This document shows positions 40,964 through 49,718 of a stretch of 64,000 nt of DNA, piece after piece. The stretch lies in NCBI GenBank assembly GCA_963778655.1, contig CAVZVA010000005.1, positions 736,001-800,000 of the forward strand, read 5' to 3'. The position numbers were made by a program, and so were the translations under genes. The notes beneath the pieces are model-generated. The model worked only from the letters and a program-made list of their open reading frames with translations. It was not told where the DNA came from and made no database searches. The DNA is from an uncultured delta proteobacterium. GTDB lineage: Bacteria; Myxococcota_A; Polyangia; Polyangiales; JAFGIB01. Position 1 is the stretch's first letter. Each line of letters begins with the position of its first letter.

Positions 40964-42202
40964 CTACTGCTTGGCGGCTTGCGGAAAGATCACCCGGCCG
41001 AAACGGTTCAGGGTGTGGAAGTCGCCGATCAGCGGCGGCGACCAGCCGACCGCGCGCTGGCCGTCCCGGCGCGCGTCCAGCACGAAGAAGTTCATGCGCC
41101 AGGTGGCGCCCGCGGCCGGCGGCGCGGCCGGAGTGGGACCGGCGGCGAATGCCTTCCATGGGATCGCCATCTCCACGTCGTAGCCCTGATCGGCCTCGTC
41201 GTCGTTGGGCTTGCCCCGCAGCAGCACCTTGGCCTTGGTCATGCTCGACCATGCCACATCACCGAAGGGCTGAGGCAAGCGCCGCGAATCGTAGCGGGTG
41301 TCGAACACGAGCCCGGTGGGCGCGACCTGGATCTCGAAGTAGTTCTTGCCGTCGCCGTCCGGGTCGAGCATCAGCTCGACCGCGTCCTGCTCCCACAGGT
41401 GGTCGTCGGGCTTCTTGAAGGTGCTCTTGAGGTAGTCGTCCGCCACCTGGAAGCCGACGTAGAGCTGCTCGGCGTCGTACACCACGCGCGCGCTCGCGGC
41501 GAAGGCGCCGTGCGCGCCCGTCATCGTTTGCACGAAGGGCCCCGAGGGCTGCGCGCTCTTCCAGTCAGCCTCGTCGAGCTTGCCGTCCAGCTTGATCGGG
41601 CCGGTCGCATGGCGTGCGATCAAGCGCGGCAGCTCGTGGGTCTCGGCCTGCACGCTCGTCACCGGTACGCGCAGTGCCTGCGCACGGTTCTTGCCGTCGT
41701 TGGGGCCGCGCGTCACCCGCAGGCGCTTGTCCCCACGCCAGAAGCCGACATAGAACAGCGCCGCGTTGGAGTGCCAGTTGGCCGGCAGCGTGATCTCCTG
41801 GACGTCTTTGATGAAGTCGCCCTTCTTCCACTGGGCAGCGGGATAGACCTCGCGCAGAGGACGCTGGGCGTCGAGGTTCACACGATTGGCCTTGGCCGCG
41901 TCCGCCAGGTGGGTGAAGATCTTCCAGCCGTCGCCCAGCGGCGCATCGACCTGCCAGTACCAGGTGACGGTGAGGCTCTGGCCCTCGTGGGCCTGCGGGC
42001 TGCTCAGATCGTAGCCGAGCAGCCGCACCTTGTCCTCGAAGCGGATGTCCAGCGGGTGCTGCGGCTTGGGCGCGCTGTGCGACACGATCTGCGCGGCGAG
42101 CTCCTGGCTGGCCTTGGACAACCGCCTCTGTTTCTGCACGCAGCCGCCCGTCGCGACGACCAGCGCCAGTACTGCGATCCAGATCGGGGACGCGAGCTTC
42201 AT
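40964..42202 (-). CDS. Lipoprotein with Ig-like N-domain and CBM9-like/DOMON sugar-binding domain
   Basis: Lipobox TGGC; FEDKVRLLGYDL..YWQV..IFTHL; IKLDGKLDEADW..YDAEQLYVGF..LWEQDAVELMLDPDGD..YDVEMAIPW. Confidence 0.8.
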   Translation of the reverse strand: MKLASPIWIAVLALVVATGGCVQKQRRLSKASQELAAQIVSHSAPKPQHPLDIRFEDKVRLLGYDLSSPQAHEGQSLTVTWYWQVDAPLGDGWKIFTHLADAAKANRVNLDAQRPLREVYPAAQWKKGDFIKDVQEITLPANWHSNAALFYVGFWRGDKRLRVTRGPNDGKNRAQALRVPVTSVQAETHELPRLIARHATGPIKLDGKLDEADWKSAQPSGPFVQTMTGAHGAFAASARVVYDAEQLYVGFQVADDYLKSTFKKPDDHLWEQDAVELMLDPDGDGKNYFEIQVAPTGLVFDTRYDSRRLPQPFGDVAWSSMTKAKVLLRGKPNDDEADQGYDVEMAIPWKAFAAGPTPAAPPAAGATWRMNFFVLDARRDGQRAVGWSPPLIGDFHTLNRFGRVIFPQAAKQ

Positions 42203-42253
42203 CGGCAGATCTCCGAGCAAGCGTGAGCACACCTGATAGCGTTCTTTGGGATC

Positions 42254-42356
42254 ACGGGAAGACGGGGAGGGCTTATTCTCCAAGACCGCTGTGCAGCCAC
42301 GGCCCTTGCGCGAGATCCGAGAGCCAAAGAGACTTCCCGCCTGCTCGTCTTCCTGT
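42254..42356. repeat. Inverted pair of (A/G)CGGGAAG octamer repeats; related copy at 48999-49026
   Basis: acgggaag-acggggag at 42254-42269; cttcccgcctgctcgtcttcctgt at 42333-42356 (reverse complement acaggaag-acgagcag-gcgggaag). Confidence 0.5.
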
Positions 42357-42391
42357 TTCATGCTTCTTCCGGGCGAGCCTGCCCCCCCGAA

Positions 42392-43984
42392 TCACCGCCG
42401 CGATTTCTTGCGTGCCTTCTTTTGAGCTTTGCGCAAAGCCTTGCGTTTGGCTGCGTCCAGCTTGGGCCGCCGCGCCCCCGGCGCGCCCCGTGCGCCCAGC
42501 GCGCCGCCGCCCGGCCCGCCCGCGACCGCCGCCTCGAGCAGCGTGTCGGCCAGGTTGGCCATCATCGGGTTGTACTCCAGGCCGCCGGTCTTGACCGCGT
42601 CGCGCAAGCGGTTGGCCATCGCCAGCTGCTTCATTCCCGGCAGCCGTTGCAGCAGGCCGGCCTGCTGGCCGATCTGACCCATCAGGCTCTGCATGAAGCC
42701 GAAGCGCTGCAGCAGGTCGGCTACCTCGCGGTCGCTGCGGCCGCTGCCCTTGGCCACGCGCTTGAGCCGGCTCGGCTGCTCGGCGAACAGCGCGGGCCGC
42801 TTGCGCTCGGCCTTGGTCATCGAGCTGACGATGGCGCGGATGCGGTCGAGCTCGCGCTCGTCGACCTGGAAGCCGTCCGGCATGCTGTCGGCGAAGAACG
42901 GCAGCTTCTCCATCATGTCCTGCAGCGGGCCCATCTGCCGCAGCGTGCCGAGCTGCTCCAGGAAGTCGTCGAAGGTGAACTGGCCCTGCAGCATGCGCTT
43001 GGCGTCGCGCTCGGCCTTCTCCTCGTCGACGACTTCCTCGAAGTCCTTCATCAAGCCGACGATGTCGCCGAAGCCGAGGATGCGGCTGGCCATGCCGTCG
43101 GCGCGGAACTCCTCCAGCCGATCCATGTCCTCGCCCACGCCGGCGAAGCGAATCGGAGCGCCAGTCACCTCGCGAACCGAAAGCGCGGCGCCGCCGCGGG
43201 CGTCGCCGTCGAGCTTGGTCAGCGCCACGCCGGTGAGCCCGAGCCGGTCGTGGAAGGCCGCGGCGGTCTTGACCGAGTCCTGGCCGATCATCGCGTCGAT
43301 CACCAGCAGGATGTTCTGCGGCCGCACGCGATCCTTGATCGCGACCAGCTCCTGCATCAGCTCTTCGTCGATCGCCAGCCGGCCGGCGGTATCGTAGATG
43401 ACCGTGTCGCACTTGAGCTTGCGCGCCTCGGCCTGCGCCCGAAAGCAGATCTCGATCGGCTGCGCGCCAGGCAGCGAGAACACCGGAATCGAAAGCCGCT
43501 CGCCCAGCACTTGCAGCTGCTCGACCGCGCCGGGGCGCTGCATGTCGGCGGCCACGAGCAACGGGCGGTGCTGTTCCTTCTCCAGGTAGCGCGCCAGCTT
43601 GGCCGCCGTTGTGGTCTTGCCCGAGCCCTGCAGGCCCACCATCATGATGCCGGTCAGCGCAGGTCGCGGCGCGAAGCTCAGCGCCTCGCCCTCGGCCTGC
43701 ATCAGCGCGACCAGCTCGTCCTGGCAGATCTTGATGAACAGCTCGCTCGGGCCGATGCGGACCTTCTTGCCCTTGAGCGTGGCCGCGCTCTTGACCGCCT
43801 CGCCGACGGCCTTCTCCTTGACGCTGGCCAGGAAGCGCTTGACCACGCCCAGCTCGACGTCGGCCTCGAGCAGCGACAGGCGGACGTCGCGCAGGGCCTG
43901 GTCGATGTTGTCTTCGGTCAGCTCGGTGACGCCGGCCAGGCGATTCTTTGCTGAGCGAAATCCCTTGCTGAGCGCGTCAAACAT
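42392..43984 (-). CDS. ffh: Signal recognition particle protein Ffh
   Basis: MFDALS..LLEADV, GLQGSGKTTT, DTAGRL, DAMIGQD, TKLDGDARGGAALS, MASRILGFGD, M-domain SSMTKAER..SRLKRVAKGSG. Confidence 0.95.
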   Translation of the reverse strand: MFDALSKGFRSAKNRLAGVTELTEDNIDQALRDVRLSLLEADVELGVVKRFLASVKEKAVGEAVKSAATLKGKKVRIGPSELFIKICQDELVALMQAEGEALSFAPRPALTGIMMVGLQGSGKTTTAAKLARYLEKEQHRPLLVAADMQRPGAVEQLQVLGERLSIPVFSLPGAQPIEICFRAQAEARKLKCDTVIYDTAGRLAIDEELMQELVAIKDRVRPQNILLVIDAMIGQDSVKTAAAFHDRLGLTGVALTKLDGDARGGAALSVREVTGAPIRFAGVGEDMDRLEEFRADGMASRILGFGDIVGLMKDFEEVVDEEKAERDAKRMLQGQFTFDDFLEQLGTLRQMGPLQDMMEKLPFFADSMPDGFQVDERELDRIRAIVSSMTKAERKRPALFAEQPSRLKRVAKGSGRSDREVADLLQRFGFMQSLMGQIGQQAGLLQRLPGMKQLAMANRLRDAVKTGGLEYNPMMANLADTLLEAAVAGGPGGGALGARGAPGARRPKLDAAKRKALRKAQKKARKKSRR

Positions 43985-44240
43985 GGCAGGTGGAAACGGG
44001 TTTCGCCCTGCGACGCCGGCGAGCCCGATGCAAAACGCGGTGCAGGTCGAGGTCTCGCAACGCGGCCGCCGGGCCCATCCCGCCCGGAAGGGGCGTTGAG
44101 CGGTTTGTGAGACGCGCTCTAGCATGGGGCGCTCGGCGGAGGCAAGCGTGCGCCGCGCGCGGCCGCAGCCCGCGGGGGGTAGGGCTGACGAGAGACGGGT
44201 TGACCGCCCGGGGCCGGCGTAGAATCGTCGCTGGCGGCGT

Positions 44241-47024
44241 ATGACGCAGGACCCGCCGAGCCGACTCCCGCCCCCCGGCGACCCACGCACGCTCTACGTG
44301 GTGGACATCAGCGGCTACTTGTTCCGCGCGTACCACGCGCTGCCGCCGCTGAGCAGCCCGCACGGCGAGCCGACCGGCGCAGTGCTGGGTGTCACCACCA
44401 TGTTGCAGAAGCTGATGCAGGAGCGCCAGCCGGCGCTGCTGGCGGTGGCGATGGACTCGCGCACGCCGTCCTTTCGCGAGCAGCGCTATGCCCAGTACAA
44501 GGCACACCGGCCGCCGGTGCCGCCTGAGCTCTCGCAACAGATCGCGCGCGTGAAGGACGTGGTGGACGCGTTCGCGCTGCCGGTGTTCCAGCAGGACGGG
44601 GTCGAGGCCGACGACCTGATCGCGTCGCTGGTGAAGCTCGCGCGCGCCGAGGGCCTGCAGGTGGTGATCGTCAGCAGCGACAAGGATCTGATGCAGCTGG
44701 TCGGCGGCGACGTGTGGATGCTCGACACCATGCGCGACGCCGTGCTCGGCCCACCCGAGGTGCAGGCCAAGCTCGGGGTGCCGCCCGCGCAGGTGCGGGA
44801 CTACCTGGCGCTGGTGGGCGACAGCTCGGACAACGTGCCGGGCGTGCCTTCGGTGGGCCCCAAGACCGCGACCGAGCTGCTGCGCGCGCACGGCGACCTC
44901 GAGCACCTGTACGCGCAGCTCGAGCAGGTGGAGCGCAAGGCGCTGCGGCAGAAGCTCATCGACCACCGCGAGCAGGCGTTCCTGAGCCGCGAGCTGGTCA
45001 CGCTCAAGGACGACCTTGCGCTCGAGACGGACGCCGCGCGACTTGCGCTGCCGCCGCCGGATCCGGAGCGGCTGCGGCCGCTGTTTACCGAGCTGGGCTT
45101 CACGCGCTTGCTGGCGCAGCTCGGTCCGGCCGCGGGCGCGACCGCCGCTCGCTCGCCCGAGCCCACGACGCAGCCGCAAGCCGGCGGCCAAGCAGCGCGG
45201 CCAGCCGCGACCCCTGCCGCGGACCAAGGCTGTACGACCGTCTACAGCGAGGCGGAGCTGAGCGCGCTTGCGACGGGCTTGGGCGCAGCCGAGCGCGTGG
45301 CGCTGCTGTGTCTGCTGGACGGCGGGCACCCGGTCTCGGGCACGTTGATCGGTCTGGCGTTCGCGTTCGAAGGCCAGGCCGCGTACGTGCCGCTCGCACA
45401 CAGCTACCTCGGCTGCCCGGCGCAGCTGCCGCGTGAGCAAGTGCTGGGCCGGCTGCGCGAGGCCCTGGGCGGCGCGCGCCCGGAGAAGGTGTGCGCCGAC
45501 GCCAAGCACGAGATGATGGTGCTGGCGGCTGCGGGCGTGCCGCTCGGCGCGGTCGGCTTCGACGTGATGCTGGCGAGCTACCTGATCGATCCCGAGGGCC
45601 ACGGCCACCGGCTCGACGAGGTCGCGCGCTTCGAGCTCGACCGCACCCTCGATCCGGGTGACAAGCCCCTGCTCGCGCACAGGCTGGAGCAAGGTGCGCT
45701 CTCGGGCGTGGCGATCGAGACGCTCGGCCCGCGCGCGACCGCGCTGGCACGCCTGGTCCTGCAGGCCCGCGAGGTCCTGGTGCCGCGGCTGGACGCCGTG
45801 GGCTGCAGCGCGCTGCTGCGCGACATCGAGCTGCCGCTGGCGCGCGTGCTGGCGGAGATGGAGCTGACCGGGGTGCGCGTGGACGCAAGCCTGCTGGCGC
45901 GGCTGTCGCAGTCGGTGGCCGAGCAGCTGGTGCAGATGGAGCAGCGCTGCAAGCAGCTCGCGGGGCACGACTTCAACGTGGGCTCGCCGCGCCAGCTGGA
46001 GACAATTCTCTTCGACGAGCTCGAGCTGCCCGTGATCAAGCGCACCAAGACCGCGCGCTCCACCGACCACGCCGTGCTCGAGGATCTGGCGCTGCTGCAC
46101 GACCTGCCGGCGGCGATTCTCGAGCACCGCATGCTGGCCAAGCTCAAGAGCACCTACCTCGACGCGCTGCCGCGCGAGATCAACCCGCGCAGCGGGCGCA
46201 TCCACACCGATTTTCGCCAGGCGGTCGCTGCCACCGGCAGGCTCTCGTCGAGCGACCCGAACCTGCAGAACATCCCGATCCGCAGCGAGATCGGGCGCTC
46301 GATCCGGCATGCCTTCGTGGCGCGTGATGGCTGGCAGCTGCTGTCGGCCGATTACTCACAGATCGAGCTACGGGTGCTCGCACACCTGAGCCATGATCGC
46401 GAGCTGATGGACGCGTTCTCGCGCGGCGCCGACGTCCACACCCGCACCGCGCGCGCGATCTTCGGCGTCGACGAGAGCGCGGTCACACGCGAGATGCGCG
46501 GGCAGGCCAAGACCGTCAACTACGCGGTGATCTACGGGCAGACCCAGTTCGCGCTGGCGCGCAACCTGCGCATCGAGCGCAGCCAGGCCGCACGTTACAT
46601 CAAGGCGTTCTTCGAGCAGTACGCGGGCGTGGCCGCGTACATGGACCGGATCGTGGCCGAGGCGACCGAGCGCGGAGAGGTGCGCACGCTGTGCGGGCGC
46701 GTCCGCAAGCTGCCCGATCTGCGGGCTCCAAACCGCGTGCAGCGCCAGGCCGCCGAGCGGGTCGCGCGCAACACGCCGATCCAGGGCAGCGCCGCGGACA
46801 TCATCAAGCTGGCGATGATCGCGGTCCAGCGCGAGCTGCACCAGCAGCAGCTGCAGGCCAAGATGCTGCTCACGGTGCACGACGAGCTGGTGTTCGAGGC
46901 CCCGCCGGAGGAGCGCGAGGCGCTCGAGCGGATGGTGCGCGAGCGCATGGAGCACGTGATGCCGCTGGATGTGCCGCTGGTGGTCGACACCGGCTGGGGC
47001 CAGAGCTGGGGCGACGCCCACTGA
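44241..47024 (+). CDS. polA: DNA polymerase I
   Basis: 5' nuclease EADDLIA, GDSSDNVPGVP; polymerase TGRLSSSDPNLQNIP, ADYSQIELR, AKTVNYAVIYG, NTPIQGSAAD, VHDELV. Confidence 0.98.
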   Translation: MTQDPPSRLPPPGDPRTLYVVDISGYLFRAYHALPPLSSPHGEPTGAVLGVTTMLQKLMQERQPALLAVAMDSRTPSFREQRYAQYKAHRPPVPPELSQQIARVKDVVDAFALPVFQQDGVEADDLIASLVKLARAEGLQVVIVSSDKDLMQLVGGDVWMLDTMRDAVLGPPEVQAKLGVPPAQVRDYLALVGDSSDNVPGVPSVGPKTATELLRAHGDLEHLYAQLEQVERKALRQKLIDHREQAFLSRELVTLKDDLALETDAARLALPPPDPERLRPLFTELGFTRLLAQLGPAAGATAARSPEPTTQPQAGGQAARPAATPAADQGCTTVYSEAELSALATGLGAAERVALLCLLDGGHPVSGTLIGLAFAFEGQAAYVPLAHSYLGCPAQLPREQVLGRLREALGGARPEKVCADAKHEMMVLAAAGVPLGAVGFDVMLASYLIDPEGHGHRLDEVARFELDRTLDPGDKPLLAHRLEQGALSGVAIETLGPRATALARLVLQAREVLVPRLDAVGCSALLRDIELPLARVLAEMELTGVRVDASLLARLSQSVAEQLVQMEQRCKQLAGHDFNVGSPRQLETILFDELELPVIKRTKTARSTDHAVLEDLALLHDLPAAILEHRMLAKLKSTYLDALPREINPRSGRIHTDFRQAVAATGRLSSSDPNLQNIPIRSEIGRSIRHAFVARDGWQLLSADYSQIELRVLAHLSHDRELMDAFSRGADVHTRTARAIFGVDESAVTREMRGQAKTVNYAVIYGQTQFALARNLRIERSQAARYIKAFFEQYAGVAAYMDRIVAEATERGEVRTLCGRVRKLPDLRAPNRVQRQAAERVARNTPIQGSAADIIKLAMIAVQRELHQQQLQAKMLLTVHDELVFEAPPEEREALERMVRERMEHVMPLDVPLVVDTGWGQSWGDAH

Positions 47025-47113
47025 GCCACCCGACAGCCCGCGGCTCTAAGGAGCCGAGCACAAATAGCCTGATCACGGCCGGCTTGTCGGCGCAGTCCTT
47101 CGTGTGCCCCGCC

Positions 47114-48316
47114 TCAGCCGCGTAACAGGCCGCCGAGCCGTTGCAGCAGGCGCAGCGGCAGCGGGCGCTCGTCGTGACGCAGCACGCTGCCCGGACCCAG
47201 CCGCAAGCGCTGGCCGCGCCACTCGGTGCTGCGCGAGAAGAGCGCGTACAGCCAGATCGCGGCCAGCAGCAGATCGCGCGCGGGCGTGACCCACAGCTGG
47301 GCCGGGCCCAGGCCGTGGCCGCGGAAGCGCGCGAGCAGGCGCGCGTCCCAGTAGCACTTGTAGAGCCACACGCCGGCGGCGAGCGCGAGCAGCCGCGGGT
47401 CGAAGCCGCCGGCGAGCCAGGCCGCAAGGGCAAGCGCAAACGGATTGCTCCCGAGGTCCGCGGCATAGCCGGCCCTAGACACCACGGCCCGCATCTTGAG
47501 CCAACGCGCGTGCCGGGCCGCGACCTGCCGCAAGGAGGTGTTTGCGTTGACGTTGGCCACGGCGGTCGTCGACAACACCACGCGCTTACCGTGCTGCTGG
47601 TAGCGCTGGCACAGCACATAGTCCTCCGCCAGCACGTCCTTGACGCAGGCCAGCCCGCCGATCGCCTCGAGCTCGCTACGCCGCAGCAGCATCGACTTCC
47701 CCAGCACGCAGGTGATGCCCGCCAGCTCCTCGGCCATGCACAAGCCGGGCGCCACGAAAGCCGTCAGCTGCAGGTTCTCGAGCGCGGCCCCGGCCGTGCG
47801 CTCGCCGACGCCCACCACCACGCTACCGATCAGCGCGGCGTCTTGGCTCAGCATCTCGCCCACCAGCTGGCGCAGATAGCCGGTGGGCAGGCGCACGTTG
47901 GCGTCGCTCTGCAGCAGCAAATCGTGGCGAGCGTGCAGCAGCGCGCCGCGGATGTTGCTGACCTTGGGGTTGAGGCCGAAGTCATCGCGCGCCAGCACGA
48001 AATCGCTCTGCACCTCGGGGTAGTCGCGGGCGACCCGCCGTGCCACGGCCATGCCCGGATCGCCGGCCTCGGTGCTGGAGAACACGATCTGACGCGGCGC
48101 CGGGTAGGCCTGCTCGAAGAAGGAACGCAGATTCAGCTCCAGCTCGTCCTCGAGGCCCTTGATCGGCTTGAGCAGCGTCACGGGGGGCAGCGCTTCCGGC
48201 TCGCGCCCGGGGGGCTTGCGCGCGGTGAAGCGCCAGATCGCCCACATCCCGACGCGATGAAACAGCAGGGTCACCCCGCACAGGGCCAGCAGAATCGATG
48301 CCGTGGTCGAGAACAT
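47114..48316 (-). CDS. Ceramide glucosyltransferase / HpnI-like glycosyltransferase
   Basis: N-terminal TM, PVTLLKPIKG, GLNPKVSN, SDANV, GKSMLLRR, LAEDY, RHARW, C-terminal TMs and WRG. Confidence 0.85.
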   Translation of the reverse strand: MFSTTASILLALCGVTLLFHRVGMWAIWRFTARKPPGREPEALPPVTLLKPIKGLEDELELNLRSFFEQAYPAPRQIVFSSTEAGDPGMAVARRVARDYPEVQSDFVLARDDFGLNPKVSNIRGALLHARHDLLLQSDANVRLPTGYLRQLVGEMLSQDAALIGSVVVGVGERTAGAALENLQLTAFVAPGLCMAEELAGITCVLGKSMLLRRSELEAIGGLACVKDVLAEDYVLCQRYQQHGKRVVLSTTAVANVNANTSLRQVAARHARWLKMRAVVSRAGYAADLGSNPFALALAAWLAGGFDPRLLALAAGVWLYKCYWDARLLARFRGHGLGPAQLWVTPARDLLLAAIWLYALFSRSTEWRGQRLRLGPGSVLRHDERPLPLRLLQRLGGLLRG

Positions 48317-48401
48317 CGCGTCGCCTTTGCAGCCGGGCGGACTATGGCATCTCCGCTGCGGCTGGTGCAAACCGCCCGCCGAAGCGTGGTAAGACCGTGC
48401 C

Positions 48402-48980
48402 ATGGGCGGCGTTGGCCAGGGGGACGAGCAGGGCCAGGACGGGCCCCGGGCGCTCGGATGCGCCCCGCTCGAGGTCCCGCAGATCGGCGCGCGGCTATGG
48501 GCCGCCTGGAGCGAGCGCGGACTCTTGCACCTGAGCTGGGCCGCGGCCGGCGCCGGCCCTGCCGCCACGTTCGGCGCCGCGCACCCGCCCCAGGCCGCGC
48601 TGCCCGAGCCCTACCGCGGCGTGCTCGAGGCCTACCTACAGGGCGAGCCCGTGGACCCGGCGACGCTGCCGGTCGACCCCTGGGGCACGCCGTTTCAGCG
48701 CCGGGTTTGGGCCGCGCTGCGCGAGATCCCACGCGGCCGCGTGCGCAGCTACGCGGCGATCGCCAACGCGATCGGCTCCCCGCGGGCGATGCGCGCGGTG
48801 GGCGGGGCCAACGGCAAGAATCCGGTGGCGATCGCGATTCCTTGTCACCGCGTGATCGAGGCCGGGGCGCGCCTGGGGGGCTACAGCGGCGGCCTGCACA
48901 TCAAGCGCTTCTTGCTCGCGCTGGAAGGCGCCCGCGTGGTGGGCGATCGGGTGCAACCCGGCCAGCTCGAGCTGCTGTAG
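48402..48980 (+). CDS. ogt: Methylated-DNA--protein-cysteine methyltransferase
   Basis: GTPFQRRVW..IPRG..SY..RAVGGANGKNP..IPCHRVI..GGYSGG..K..LLALE. Confidence 0.95.
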   Translation: MGGVGQGDEQGQDGPRALGCAPLEVPQIGARLWAAWSERGLLHLSWAAAGAGPAATFGAAHPPQAALPEPYRGVLEAYLQGEPVDPATLPVDPWGTPFQRRVWAALREIPRGRVRSYAAIANAIGSPRAMRAVGGANGKNPVAIAIPCHRVIEAGARLGGYSGGLHIKRFLLALEGARVVGDRVQPGQLELL

Positions 48981-48998
48981 AGCCGCCAGGACCAAGAC

Positions 48999-49026
48999 AC
49001 AAGAAGGCGGGAAGACGGGAAGGCGG
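48999..49026. repeat. Tandem octamer repeat, same family as 42254-42356
   Basis: acaagaag-gcgggaag-acgggaag-gcgg just after the ogt stop. Confidence 0.5.
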
Positions 49027-49095
49027 CTCTGGCAACCTCGCCAGTGGCACTCGCCGTGCCCGCGAGCGAGGGCTGTGCTACAGGTCCCAGCTGCC

Positions 49096-49713
49096 ATGGA
49101 CCTCCTGCACCAGCTCATCCTGTTCATCCGCGATCCCTCGTACATCGCGGAGCTCGGCTATCCCACGCTCGCGCTGATCATCTTCCTGGAGACTGGGGCG
49201 CTGGTGTTCTTCTTGCCGGGCGATTCGCTGCTGGTGACCGCTGGCTTGTACGCGGCGGCGGGCAAGCTCGATCTGCTGACGCTCAATCTGCTGCTGGTCC
49301 CGGCCGCGTGCTTGGGTCCGGTGCTGTCCTACTGGATCGGCGCCAGCACCGGCACCCTGCTGATGACGCGCGCGCGCACGCGCTTCTTCAGGCCCGAGCA
49401 CGTGGTGCTCGCGCACCAATTCTACGAGCGTCACGGCGGCAAGGCGATCGTGCTGGCGCGCTTCATGCCCGTGCTGCGCACCTTCGTCCCGGTGGTCGCC
49501 GGCATCGGCAAGATGTCCTACCCGCGTTACGCGCTGTTCACCGTGATCGGCGCGGCCGGGTGGGTCATCTCGATGACCGTGATCGGCTTCTTCGTGGGCA
49601 TGACCCCGCTGGGCAAGCACATCGAGCTGGTGCTCGCCGCGGTGATCATCCTCTCCATCTCCCCCGGTCTGATCGCCTGGCTCAAGACCCGCAAGCAGAA
49701 CGCCGTGAGCTGA
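49096..49713 (+). CDS. dedA: DedA family membrane protein
   Basis: IIFLETG..FFLPGDSLL..AG, FYERHGGKAIVLARFMPVLRTF. Confidence 0.93.
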   Translation: MDLLHQLILFIRDPSYIAELGYPTLALIIFLETGALVFFLPGDSLLVTAGLYAAAGKLDLLTLNLLLVPAACLGPVLSYWIGASTGTLLMTRARTRFFRPEHVVLAHQFYERHGGKAIVLARFMPVLRTFVPVVAGIGKMSYPRYALFTVIGAAGWVISMTVIGFFVGMTPLGKHIELVLAAVIILSISPGLIAWLKTRKQNAVS

Positions 49714-49718
49714 GCCCC

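Noticed and set aside
44200..44225. TTGACC...TAGAAT promoter before polA
   Set aside because: The spacer is only 14 nt. The -10 box may be real, but the pair is not a credible sigma70 promoter.
43985..44240. SRP (4.5S) RNA gene next to ffh
   Set aside because: The conserved CAGG-(stem)-GNRA-(stem)-AGCA helix-8 signature was not found on either strand.
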